This document shows positions 37,932-50,900 of a stretch of DNA of 64,000 nt, piece by piece. Position 1 is the first letter of the stretch, and each line of letters begins with the position of its first letter. The DNA is taken from assembly GCA_030390025.1 (NCBI GenBank), contig JASTWF010000036.1, positions 2,418,001-2,482,000 of the forward strand, in the 5' to 3' direction. The stretch is from Squalus acanthias (lineage: Eukaryota). The notes below the pieces were generated by a model. The model saw only the letters and a list, made by a program, of their open reading frames with translations. It was not told the origin of the DNA and searched no databases. A program made the position numbers and the translations under genes.

Positions 37932-40580
37932 ACATAGATACATAGATACATAGAAGATAGGAGCAGGAGTAGGCCATCCGGCCCTTCGAGCCTGCTCCGC
38001 CATTTAATGAGATCATGGCTGATCCTCCAATTCAGTATCCCGTCCCCGCCTTCTCTCCGTAACCCTTAACCCCTTTTGCCTGTAGAAATATATCTAATTC
38101 CCTCTTAAATATATTTAATGAGCTGGTGTACACTGCCCTCTGTGGCAATGAGTTCCACAGGTTCACCACCCTCTGAGTGAAGAAATTCCCCCTCATTTCT
38201 GTCCTAAATGGTTTAGCCCTTATCCTTAAATTATGTCCTCTAGTTCTGTTCTCACCCGCCAAGGGAAACATCCCTTCTGCATCTAGTCTGTCTAGACCTG
38301 TCAGAATTTTATACACTTCTATGAGGTCCCCTCTCAATCTTCTAAACTCCAGTGTGTACATCCCTAAACTACATAGTCTCTCCTCATAGGTCAATCCCGC
38401 CATTCCTGGTATCAGCCTGGTGAATCGCCGCTGCACCCCCTCCATGGCAAGAACATCTTTCCTCAGATGAGGCGACCAAAACTGTACACAGTACTCGAGG
38501 TGTGGTCTCACCAGTGCCCTGTACAGCTGCAGCAAGGTATCCCTGTTCCTGTATTCCAACCCTTTTGCTATGAAGGCCAGCATACCGTTTGCCTTCTTGA
38601 TTGCCTGTTGCACCTGCATGCTTGCCTTCAGTGACTGGTGTACAAGAACACCCAGGTCTCTCTGTACTTCCCCCTCTCCCAATTTATTGCCATTTAAATA
38701 ATAATTTGCCCTCCCGTTCCTGCACCCAAGGTGGATAACTTCGCACTTGTCCACATTATAGTGCATCTGCCATTTATCCGCCCAATCACCCAGTCTGTCC
38801 AAATCGCTCTGGAGCTTCCTGGTCTCCTCCTCTGAGCCCACCCCCCCTCCTAGTTTAGTGTCGTCTGCAAATTTGGAAATGCTGCATCCGACTCCCTGAT
38901 CCAGGTCATTAATGTAAATTGTGAACAGCTGGGGACCCAGGACAGATCCCTGTGGTACCCCACTTGTTACTGCCTGCCATTCAGAAAATGAGCCGTTTAT
39001 TCCAACTCTCTGTTTTCTATCTGACAGCCAGTTCTCTATCCACGTCAATACTTTCCCCTTTATCCCATGAGCTTCAATTTTCCCTGCTAATCTTTTATGT
39101 GGGACCTTATCGAAGGCCTTTTGGAAGTCCAGGTACACCACATCTACTGGCTCGCCCCCATCTATTTTACCAGTTACTCCCTCAAAAAAATCCAATAGAT
39201 TAGTCAAGCACGATTTACCCTTTGTAAATCCATGTTGACTCTGTCCTATCCTGTCCCCATTTGCTAAGTGCTCCGCTATTTCATCCTTAATGATGGACTC
39301 CAGCATTTTGCCCACAACTGATGTAAGGCTTACAGGTCTGTAATTACCTGCTTTTTCCCTACTCCCCTTTTTGAATAGTGGGGTAACGTTAGCTACCCTC
39401 CAATCCATGGGCACTGTTCCCGAGTCCAATGAATTCTGAAAAATCATACTTAGTGCATCCGCTATCTCTAGGGCCACCTCCTTCAGCACCCTAGGATGCA
39501 TGTTATCAGGCCCTGGGGATTTGTCCGCCTTCAATCCCTTTAGCTTCCTTAACACCATATCCTTAGAGATATTGACTTGCGTCAGTTCCTCCTTTGCAAA
39601 TGTCCCTATTTTTCCCGATATCCCAGGGAGGTTTTTTGTGTCTTCCTTCGTAAAGACTGACCCAAAGTATGCATTTAGTTGGTCTGCCATTTCTTTATTT
39701 CCCGTTATATATTCCCCCGTATCTGACTGCAATGGGCCAACTTTGGTTTTCACCAGTCTTTTCCTCTTGATATACTTATAAAAGCTTTTGGAGTTAGTTT
39801 TTATATTTTCCGCCAGCTTGCTTTCGTAAGCTATTTTGCCCCTCTTGATTAAGCCCTTTGTCCTCCTTTGCTCTATCTTAAACTGTTCCCAATCTTCCGC
39901 TCTGGCGCTTTTTTTGGCTATTTTATACGCCCTATCTTTGGATTTTATGCTGTCTCTAATTTCCCCTGTTATCCACGGTTGAGTCACCTTTTTAGATTTC
40001 CTTTTATGCCAGATTGGTATAAACAATTTTTGCAATTTTGTCATTCTATCTTTAAATGCTTGCCATTGTTTATCTACCTCCAGTCCTCCCAGGAACGTTG
40101 TCCAATCAGACCTACTCAGTTCCCGTCTAATGGCATCATAATTCCCCTTGTTTAAATTCAGGACCTTAGTATCTGAGTCAATTTCTTCGCTCTCCATTTC
40201 GAGTGAGAAATCGATCATGTTATGATCGCTCTGACCCAAGGGTCCCCGTACAACAAGATTACTAATTAGTCCCTTCTCATTGCACAGTACCCAGTCCAAT
40301 ATAGCCTGTTCCCGAGTTGGTTCCTCGACATATTGATCCAGATAACCATCCCTTAAACACTCAAGGAATTCCTCCTCCTCATTATTTTTACTGATTAGGC
40401 TATTCCAATCTATATGTAAGTTAAAGTCACCTATGATGACAGCTGTGCTCTTATTGCACGCTTCTCTAATTTCCCTCGTGATGCCCTCCCCAACCTCTAT
40501 TTTACTATTTGGAGGCCTATATACCACTCCTATTAATGTTTTTCGCCCCTCGCTATTTCTTAGCTCCACCCATATAGATT
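37932..40580 (-). mobile_element. CR1 LINE with uninterrupted 845-codon ORF2 remnant (C-terminal half of APE endonuclease plus complete RT), 5'-truncated
   Basis: ORF 38032-40569 contains [45 protein letters not shown] and FADD. The 3' UTR ends in a (TATGTATC)n tail. Confidence 0.97.
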
Positions 40581-40689
40581 ATCCCATCAATAGACTTTCC
40601 ATGCTGAACTTAAGCATTAGTGATGTATATAATATTTCAACTTGACAGTTAATTCATTGTATAACTTTTAACACTCCCTACTTAAGCTT

Positions 40690-41250
40690 CAATCTCTTCC
40701 CCCACCTCTGCTGGAACCCAAACCCATGCCTTCATCACCTTGAGCACTGATTTCTCCAAAACTTTTCCTGCCTCCACCCTTCATAAACTCCATTAATCCA
40801 GGAACCCTCAATCCTGTATACTCTCCTCCAAATTCCCCCCAACATTCATCATTTCAGTGGCTCCTTCTACCCCAGGAAATAAACTAATATACTTGTCTTT
40901 GTCTTTAAATCCCTCCATGGCCTTATCCTAACCTATGTGAGGAATCTTCTTCAGCTTTGTATCACTGGCCATACCCTCTGCTCCTTTGATTCTGGATTAC
41001 TTCTTGCTCTCTGCTCCAACACTGGAGGTCAGATTTTCAGTCACTACGCTCTTGTCCACCAAGAAATCTCTCTCTGCCTTGCTACTTCCCTCTCTATCTT
41101 CAAAAGCCTCTGAAAAAATCATCTCATGAGCTATGCTCCCTGCCACTGCCAACATTTCTCTTTCACTGTTTGGTGTTCACTTCATCATCCAATTAAGTAC
41201 TGTGAGTTAAGTTCTTTTACATGAAGAATGGAATATAAATCGAAGTTGTA
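40690..41250 (+). mobile_element. Degenerate L2-type LINE 3' fragment
   Basis: VFKSLHGL-type frame (GTCTTTAAATCCCTCCATGGCC) and an L2-like terminal motif. Confidence 0.6.
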
Positions 41251-42063
41251 ATTAAACTATTCACGAAGAATTGACAACTTAGACTTTCTCTACCAATTCC
41301 ACAATCCCATCAGGGGGTGGCATTCATAGAGAACATTGGTCAGAGATAGGGCTACAACACTATAGCATCAGTTCGCTGCCCTGTACCCACTTCGAGCACG
41401 GGATTGCTGAATTTACTAATACCCATTTAAAAAAAATCTACTCCCCATTCCTGGCCTTCATCCAGCTTCACCTCTAGTCAAATTTGGTAATTCCCAAAGT
41501 TATGGCAGCATAATCAAAACCCAGCAGACACTATGAAAGCATAACAGTACACCTTAACAGTGCCACTATCCTCTAGCATCAGTCTCCAAGGTAGTCCTCA
41601 AGCTCTTCAGCAAAGACTCCTCATAATCTCTTTGTAAGCTTTACCTCGTACACTTCACTCGATCAGCGTCCCTGCCACTGGACTCAATATCCACCTGATC
41701 ACCAATGCATTATAGATGCACTATATATGATCTACAGGATGCACTGCAGCAACAGAAAATAGATCCCAGACTGTCGGAATTTTGATTCTTGACTTGGAGG
41801 CAAAAATTTCTCTTAAATGATCAGACGTTCTCATGTCCTTACTACAAGGAAAGTGTTATATGGCACCGTTCAGTTCCCACAGTTCTCCTTTTGAAACTTT
41901 AATTCATGAGAATAATAGAAGATAAATAAAAGTGTAGCTAGTTGAAAGCAGTCGGAAATTAAAACAGAAAATGCTTGAAATATATAGCATGTCTGTCAGC
42001 ATCTGAACAGAGAAAGGACAGATTAATGGTTCAGGTGCACGTCCTTTGTCAGAACTAGATATA

Positions 42064-44900
42064 AGCCTAGAATCTCCATTACCGGACGCTCATTATAATG
42101 GCATACATCAGCCGGTCAGTTGTGGAAAATGGGTGGAAGTTTTGTCTCACTGGAGCTCCATCCACTTTACACCACATGTAGTTTCTAGGAGCGGGGTGGG
42201 GACTTCATTTAAATACTTACGTGGAGACGGGGACATCTTGTATGCCATTTCCTGACTTTTAGGCATATAGCACATTGTTTCAAAAAGACACCCATGCGAA
42301 ATGCATGTCCAGCATTGCTAGGGAATTGGCTGTGGCGGGAGCTGATTTAAAGGCACATGTAAGGAATTTTAATTTTGAATATTTCAGTTATCTTTTGCAT
42401 TTTTGCTTTGTTTTATTGTGGGGTTTTTTCTGCTAGCACTTGGGTTCTCATGAGCCTTTGTGACAATTGTTCAAATTGACCCCCACCCTCCAGCATCATT
42501 ACTGGCATCAATGGGTTTTCTAATGGGAATTCACCCCTATCTGAGGTGTTTGGAATGAAAAGGAGGATGAACAGAGGGATGCAAGACAGGTCAAGATGCA
42601 CAAGTAGTTCAGTGCCTCCCAGCAAGTACCCATTATTGCAGAGGAAGCTGGGACAGCACACCCGATGGAATCACTACGACATGTGAATGTCTGACTGACC
42701 GTCATGGTGGTTGCTTCTTCAGACCACCTCACACTCAGTCTGTCATGATTTCAGTGGTACTCCATGAAAGAAGACACATCAGGGTCATCAAAGGCAAACC
42801 TGGATTGGCTGCCAAGATGTCACCAACCATATCTGCAGTCCCAGCACCACGATCTGGCAACAACCGGGAGGAAGTTTCTTCACAGGGCCTGGGTCAACAG
42901 AAGGCCGGATGCAGAGCAATTCCATCTGCTGAAAGGATATTTGCAGCTACCATGCAGCACAGAACTAGCACATTCATTTATGTTCCTTCCTAAATTCCAT
43001 CATCAGTGACACCCGACCTAACTGAAGTGCGACTATGGAAATAATGATTTTGGCCAGATCATTATCATCTGTTCTAAATTCCATCATTTAGATCCACCAA
43101 TCTAACTTATGCCATTATAAAACAGGGTAACTTAGAACAGCAACTAAGGAAGGCTGATGCTGGGAGCTTAACGGTCAATTGCTGTGCTTTTCTTTGTGTT
43201 GTAAGACAGAGGCTCATAACTTTACTCTGGTCAAAACATTTTTTATTCTTTATTTTGGACACTCTTGGCTACATTTCCAAGTCTCCCTCGAGACTGGTTC
43301 TCATTTCTCTAGAATGAAGGGGTGACTACAAAATGGTTTTCCCCATAAATATTCCGCTCTGTATGATTTATTTGTTGGAGGAGGAAGAGGAACAGCAGGC
43401 AACCCGGAAAGCCAGGCACATAAGGCAGCATCATCGGAGATCTGGACCCTCCTACAGATACCCAGCCCAATATATCCATGAGGTTACGTGCCAAGAGGCC
43501 TCTTTGCGACGTGTGCTGGAGTTCCTGGAGCTGCCACTCGCTGCATTGTTGAGAAGCCCGCTCTAATGTTGCCGCAAAGGAAGGCATTGGACTCTGCCGC
43601 TACAACTGCCATCTGCTGAATATTTTCAGAGAAGCTCTACAGTTTGATGCTCTGCTAGCATCCTTCTTTTCTTGGCAGAATCCGTGAGATCAACATCCAA
43701 AAGAGCTTCAGCCAAGGACTGACATCTCCTTAGCTTTCACTTGGGAACATCCTTCTTGACTTCCACTACCTCTTCCTTTGGCTTCCTTGTGTGTCGTGCA
43801 GCACTCTGGGGTAGAAATTTATCTTGGGCAGTAGCGATAAATGGGCAGTATCACATTGTCTGCCTGTTTTATGCCCCGCTTAATATTCAGTTCCAAGATA
43901 AATTTCTACCCCTCTGTGTCCACTCTTCATCTGTACTATCATTAACAACCTATGACATTATTTCTGCTGGTGACTAAGTGAGAGGGTGACTGATGGGGTG
44001 AGTGAATTTCTGCTGGCTGTGCTGTTGAAGGTGCTGCCATTGGGTCAGTTTCTCTCTCTGCTTCCAGCTCTGAAGACAGAGAAATGCAAGGAGTTTCCTG
44101 CAAGCCACCATTTCTTACTGTTCTGCTCAGGGTCTCCTCAGAGGATGTGTGTCAGCAAACTGATTATTTTTTTAAATCATTGAACATTAGCACTTGTTCT
44201 GCACATTTCAACTGTGGGTGCAGGACCCCTCATATCTCTGCCACAACTGAGTGGTATCCCAGTATCGCAACTGCCTCCTCTTCCTGTTGAGTTAATGGAC
44301 GAATGATTGCTCTTCCTCCTGCTGGAACGTGGTGTTGCTGCAAATTATGGCCAATTTTCTTTCCTGCATGCAGACAGAATGTTGTTACTTTCAGACAGAG
44401 AATCGTTTATTTGAAAACTATTGGAACATTTATATTACGTCGCTTACAGAGTTCCTATATTGAAAATGATTCTTCAAAGGGTATGCACACACTGCAAGAT
44501 TCTCCAGTGATATAATGTAATTATTCCATGTAACGGAGTCTGCACAGTTCACAGGGTTATAACCTTAAGTTTGTGACTGCACTTTTAGGATCAAAATGTA
44601 GATGAATGGCAGCTTACTTTTGCTGACCTTGAGGTCATGAAACTTCTTCCTGCACTGGACGGGTGTCGTGAGGGTTTGGGAGTTGCTACTCACTGCCTGT
44701 GCCACCTCCTTCCACACGGTCTTGGCTTGTTGCAGAAATCTTGCCACCCACTCCCACTTTTGCTTCCCTTTTGTACCCAATTTCAGTCAGAAGAATAGTT
44801 ATGTCACTGAGAAGTTTGCTGTTCTCTTCTTACTTCTTGTAGGAGCCAGGTCTTCACTTTGCTGCATGCTGGTCCTGCATCAAGAACAGTCCCGCTTCAA
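42064..44900. mobile_element. Degenerate Harbinger-like element(s) with Myb/SANT relic on the minus strand
   Basis: WKEVAQAVSS...TPVQCRKKFHDLKV at ~44620-44720. TIR-like GCCTAGAATCTCC at 42065. Weak transposase-like frames at 42550-43050. Boundaries uncertain. Confidence 0.5.
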
Positions 44901-44924
44901 AATTCTACAGCTGCACTCAGATAA

Positions 44925-45260
44925 AAAACAAATGAATTTGCAGTGCATTTCACAATCACAGGACGTCCCAAATCACTTCAGAGCGAATTTGCGCACCGCA
45001 AGGTCCTACAAACAACAATGAGACTTAGTGATGTTGTTTGAGAAATAAATATTGACCAGTACACTAGGAGAACTCCCCTGCTCTTCTTTAAATAGTGCCA
45101 TAGGACTTTTAATGTCTACCTCAGAGGGCAAACAGGATCGCATCTGAAAGGATCTGCACTCCCTCAGTACTGCACTGAAGCTTCAATCTAGTGGGGCTTG
45201 AACCTATGACCCTGTGACTCAGAGGACAAGACCACAACCACTGAGCCAAGGCTGACACCT
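44925..45260 (-). mobile_element. tRNA-derived SINE of Deu-domain (SacSINE1/AmnSINE-like) type
   Basis: GGAGAACTCCCCTGCTCTTCTT..ATAGTGCCA, CACTCCCTCAGTACTGCACTG and a reverse B-box CTTGAACC. A second copy lies at 50455-50900. Confidence 0.75.
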
Positions 45261-46242
45261 CCACCATCCCCCATGTAATTTCTGGGCCTCCTTAGCATAA
45301 CTCACCAATTCCTGAGGGAACCTACATTTTTATCCTGGCCAGCAACATTAAAACAAGCTCACCTTGTGATTTCTTGTGGTCAGGGCCATGGGGCAGGAAG
45401 AAATCCCGCCCCACTGCACTTCAGACAACAGATCACAGGACTTTGACGTTTGGGGCCTATATCTATAAGTCCATTCTAGTGGCCCACAAAGACAAAACAC
45501 TTAGGCACTCTTGCATTAACTTGTTTTGTTTCTATTTACAGATGCTGACAGACGTCCTGTACATTTCTACTATTTTCTACTTTGTTAGAAATTCAAGAAA
45601 TCAGTTTCACCTCGCAGACATTCCGGAACTGTTCCTTTAAGGCCGCACTTCTTTACAAACAAATCAAAGTAATTGTAGCTATTTATAAAATGCTAGTGAT
45701 GCCAATTTTAACTGCTTGTAAATTTAATTCTCCCCAATTGCTTTGGATTTGTAACAAAGTTTAGCACCTGGAGTATAGCGGATCTGCGGTAGATACTTTA
45801 ATATTGAGATCTCCCATGGGTGTTGCTCTCCAAAAATCAGATATGCTGTTTTACAAGGACCAAATAATGTGGAATGTATTATTCTGCTGCTAAGGCAAAG
45901 CTGAGTCCCTTCAAGACAACAATTGTTGTAAAGTAAACCCTGGGTGAGGTCACAGTTGAATCACTCTTCAGGCTGCAGGTCATATCCCTGAAGGAACCTT
46001 CATTATCTGCCACAGTGGAGGGAACCTACTGGTAGATAATGGAAATTGGTGGATAGAGTCTCCGAAATTTAATCTTGCCCACATTCCTTGGATACGGGAA
46101 TGAAGACAAGTAGAAATAACAAAAGAAATTTGACAGAGTTTGATTCACCAAGAACATGTGATGAGGCAAAGTCTCACATGGAGCTTTGAGCTGTGAAAAT
46201 TCTGACTGATAATCAAGATAAAAAGGACTGTAGTTAATGGAG

Positions 46243-47059
46243 GCTCGATATTACATTAAAAGTCACAAATCTACACTTTCCCTGCCCTTTGAGTTTCTAA
46301 ACAATAAGATACATAATGTTATGGGGTTTTTTTTTTAAACAGAAAGACTTACTCACGACGGCACATCATCACGTCACTGAGAAATATCTCAAAACACATA
46401 CCATAAATTATTTTGAACTGCAGTGACTATTGCCAAGCATGGAAATGTGGCAGCTATGTTGCACACAGCAAGTTCCCACAAAGGAATGACCAGTTAATTT
46501 GTTTTTGGCAGAGCTAGTTGAGGGAAGAACCCCATTTCTGCCTCACTTCTGGTGAAGTTATGGCAATGGAACAGGAGCAGCTCCGCAGAAATTCCCAGCC
46601 TATGTACCAAGTCCTGTAGCAGGCCTAAATTGAAAACGTTCTGACTTTATTCCTATTTATGATAAATGTTGAGATACACCCGGGTAGAAATTGGTCCATA
46701 TCGCGCCCATTTCTCGGGACCAATTTCGGGTCACAACATCCCGCACCGGAGCTGCACCTGCCATATTGATAATGGCAGCTTTCCAGGCCTGAAACAGACG
46801 TTAACAGTCTTGCATATGCAAATCAGCGGCCTAACTTGCTGTGTGCGATATAGCTGCCACATTTCCATGCTTGGCAATAGTCACTGCACTTCAAAATAAT
46901 TTATGGTATGTGTTTTGAGATATTTCTCAGTGACGTGATAATGTGCCGTAGTGAGTAAGTCTTTCTGTTTAAAAAAACCATAACATTATGTATCTTATTG
47001 TTTAGAAACTCAAAGGGCAGGGAAAGTGTAGATTTGTGACTTTTAATGTAATATCGAGC
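46243..47059. repeat. Local inverted duplication (arms 46243-46474 and 46833-47059)
   Basis: The arms are reverse complements with about 5 substitutions and one ~5-nt homopolymer indel. Spacer 358 nt. Confidence 0.95.
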
Positions 47060-47699
47060 TTATCTGCAGTCCTTTTGAGGACCCCTGCTGGAAATTTGTC
47101 TGCTCGATGTGGAGCAGTTAAAATGGAGCAAGAAAATTACCCACTCCTTTCCTGCCCTGGTCTGGTCTGCTTGTCTACAATTCAAAATTGCAGACGGCAA
47201 TGAAACCCGCCCCAAGCCGACAGGGACCTCTTTAAGTATGCACATTGGGCTCCGATGACAATATTGGGGCCTGATCTGCAATTTTAGCCTGAGCGGGGTA
47301 GCAGTGATGGCTTCCCTCCCAGGCGAAACCTGCTGGAAAAAGCCAGAAGAGTCACTTGGTGCAAATTAAGACAATAAATGTCTGAACTCCAATTTTTTTT
47401 GACAAATTAGTTTTAGGACATGGTTTAAGGTGTCATTTTTCGTCTCCTCTGTATGTAATTTGCATGACAGCAATTCTACTAATCAGAGTGGGGAAGGAGA
47501 ATAAAAAAGAGTGGCCAATCAGTAATCAGGACATGCTTAATGAAGCTGTACCATTAATTGCCACAGCTGCCAAAGCTTTGAAAAATGTCCAAGTCTGAAA
47601 TAAGTCTTTTTTTCCCTCCTCCATTTTCCAGCAGTTTTCAACCCTTTCCTCTCCTGAAGGCATTGGCCTAGAAATTGGACACCCAATTAGGCTAGAATT

Positions 47700-48720
47700 T
47701 TGTGAGGTTAATGGACGAGGGCATCCCGGTAGATGTTGTCTAATTGGCCTTCCAAAGTGCCCTTGACAAGGTACCCCACAATAGGTTACTCTACAAGACA
47801 GAATCTTGTGGTATTGGTAGGAAGCTGTTCCAATGGATTAGGAATTGGCTACAATCCAGGAGGCAGAAAGTTGTGGTTAGTGGTTATGGATGTGCTTGGA
47901 GGCCGGTTACAAGGGTGCCCCGCTGGGATCGGTCTTGGGGCCGTTGCTTTTTACTATTTTTATAAATGACCTAGGTGTAGGTGTTGGGGAAATGGTCTGC
48001 AAGTTCGCAGATGACACTAAAAATTGTGGAAGTGTCAGGACTATGCAGGAGAAGGAACTTTTGCAAGTGGATCTAAACATGCTGGGGGAATGGGCCAAAC
48101 TCTGGCAGATGTCATTTAACTTAGATAAGTGCAGTGTAATTTACATGGGCAGGGCCAATACCAAGTGTGCTTGCACGTTACATGGTACAGAATTAAACTC
48201 AGTCGAAAGGGAAAGAGATCTTGGTGTTGATATTCATAGCTCTCTAAATGTTCATGAACAATGCCAAGAAGACATAGCCAAAGCAAATATGGCATTAGCT
48301 TGCACAAATAGAACCATTTAATATAAAACAAAGCACACCGTCTTTTCCTTGTACTGTACAAGGCCCTGATTAGAATTTGGAATACTGCATCCAGTTTTGG
48401 TCCCCTCACATGGTGGGTGATATAGGAACTTTGCAAAAAGTCTAAGGGAGGCCCACAAGGATGATTCCCAGCTTAAAAGATCTTCGTTATTCAGAAAGCC
48501 TTAAAAGGCTGGGTCTATTTCTTTTAGAAATTTGTAGACTTTGGGGCGATCTGATAGTGGTGTACAAAATTGTTCAAGGGCTTGATTGTGTTCTCCTTGA
48601 GAGGCGATTTCAACGAGATAGGTTGGGGAAGACCAGAGGTCATGTACATAAGCTACACAGGGGAAGGCATGGTTAGATGTTCGATGGTTCTTCTTTTCCC
48701 CAGAGGATAGTAATTAGGGA
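47700..48720 (+). mobile_element. Degenerate CR1 LINE RT fragment
   Basis: [26 protein letters not shown] and KFADDTK motifs with frameshifts. Confidence 0.88.
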
Positions 48721-48964
48721 AATCTTACAAATGTATCTTTCTTAACATTTAACTTAGAACACAAATTTTCACCTGCTCTTTGTTCTTTTTGATAAAAAGA
48801 TAAATCCCTTCTAATAAGCTATATCGTGTCAAAGCTGATACTATCTCACATCATACATGGCAACTTTACTCCAATTGTACGGAGCACAGATGCCATTTAC
48901 ACACTGCTGTAAGAATTGTCTTTTTCTCTTATAGTGGCAGAAACAAGTCAGCTTAACGTGGAGC

Positions 48965-49228
48965 ATTAGTATTGAAGTAACAACAGAAAACGCTGGAAAA
49001 ACTCAGCAGGCCAGGCAGCATCCGTGGAGAGATTTAATCAAATAGATTTAAGGCTCTTTTTGATTTCCGGCTCTTCCCAGTTCTGATGAAAGGTCATCGA
49101 CCTGAAATGTTAACTCTCTTTCTCTCTCCACGGATGCTGCCTGGCCTGCTGAGTTTTTCCAGCGTTTTCTGTTGTTATTTCGGATTTCCAGCATCCGCAG
49201 TATTTTGCTATCGTATTAGTATTGAAGT
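48965..49228 (+). mobile_element. Short Penelope-like insertion with 14-bp TSD, perfect 55-bp inverted arm and hammerhead motif
   Basis: TSD ATTAGTATTGAAGT at 48965-48978 and 49215-49228. Arms 48978-49032 and 49123-49177 are exact reverse complements. CTGATGA-A-AGGTC-ATC-GACCT-GAAA at 49083-49107. Confidence 0.8.
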
Positions 49229-50454
49229 CATGCCTGTATTTTACTTGCCCAACAAGCCTCGGGACAAAGGAAGCTATATGTAAACAAAAGCCTTAAGTGA
49301 AGGGGGTTATGTGAACAATATTAAGGATATCATGTAAATTAACAGCACCCCCCCCCCCCCACCCATCCATAAAACAGATTTAAATGGAAGTTATGAACTA
49401 TAGCCACTGATTTGCAGTTTTGAAAGAAAAATTGGTAGAATTGCAAAATGTGATTCCCAAAACACCAGGAAAAATCATGTAATAATTTGACTTGTACAGT
49501 CACTGCAAACCAATGGTTCTGATCAGAGCTTCCCAGTAACTAATGCAGTTCTACTACTTCTCCATCTATTGACCCTAGTCTAAAGTACTGAGAGAAATCC
49601 GTATTCATTTTGGGATACACACCAAACCTAAAAGACCTAATTCTGACTATAAAACAAGGGGTAATATGGATAGTGTGGCAGTCCAGCTGCCGAACCATTT
49701 CAGATCACGTTTGCGTCCAAACAAGTTAACCTTTGATGCACAAATCTCCATCATCCAAATGAAGCTTTTGAGAACATTCATGCCAGTGCAATGAATATTC
49801 TGTTATATTCCGTGTACACTTGTATTTTGAACAGTCAATAAAAGATGGCGGGTGGAGAAGAGGAGCAATCACGGCTGTGTTAACAGCTGACACAAATAAA
49901 TATACTTTTACATTTTTCCCCAATTTTCTGCCCTCCTGTCCTGAAGGTACAGTTCTATGGATGCTGGCTGCCCTTGAGTACTTCACCCATTCGTCATGTG
50001 TACCCCTGGACAGTCAGGAGTTATTTTTCCGTGGGAAGCATCACAGTTGATCTTATCTTCACCCAAAACCACTCGTGAACTTTCCAGCAGGATCCAGTCA
50101 ATCGCAGTTAAGAGCAGGAATCCAAGCTGATTTTTGTCCCGACCTAGCCCATGGGTCCTGAGGCCAATTGTGGCACCCCTATTGCTGCCCCAGATAAGAA
50201 TAGCTAACTCAGCACAGACTAGGAATTCAACCTCTGATCTTCCGGTTTGTAGAGTTCAGTACAATACCGGATGATGCTTCTGTCCAGATTAGTTTTGTTT
50301 ATTCAAAATTTTTTATTAAAATATTAATATATATTTCCCCATTATTTAATTCCCCACCCACTTAGGTCCCATTACGCCCAGGCCAAAAAAAAAAATCAGT
50401 TAATGGGCCCACACCTAGGCCTCCATCTATATCGCTCGAGTCAGCCATTATAAA

Positions 50455-50900
50455 GGTGGCATGCATTTTTCTAGCATCATATCAAGTCTTTCAGAAACGT
50501 CTCATAGCATTTCACAAACAATGAATTCCTTTGAAGAGCAGCAACTGTTATGCAGACAAATGTGACAGCCATTTTGCACACAGCAAGATCCCACAAATAG
50601 CAATGAGATGATTAACCAGTTAATCTGTTTTTCGTTGCATTAATTGATGGAGAAATGTTGGCCAGAACACTGGAGAACTCCCTGCTCTTCTTCAAATAGT
50701 GCCATGTGATCTTTTACGTCTATCTGAGCAGGTAGATGGGGCCTCAATTTAATGTCTCGTCCGAAGGATGGAACCTGTGACCTTAAGTACTGCACTAACG
50801 TGCCAGCCTAGACTACATTCTCAAGTCCTTGGAGTGGGGCTTGAATAACTTTCTGATTCAGGAGGCAAGAGTGCTACCAACTGAACCAAGCTGACACATT
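50455..50900 (-). mobile_element. tRNA-derived SINE of Deu-domain type, near full length
   Basis: Same blocks as the 44925 copy. Head reads GTCAGCTTGGTTCAGTTGGTAGCACTCTTGCC on the minus strand. Confidence 0.8.

Noticed and set aside
38032-40569. 845-aa RT ORF as a host gene, retron or group II intron
   Set aside because: The APE plus CR1-type RT, 3' UTR and microsatellite tail, with many sibling fragments in the window, identify it as a truncated CR1 LINE.
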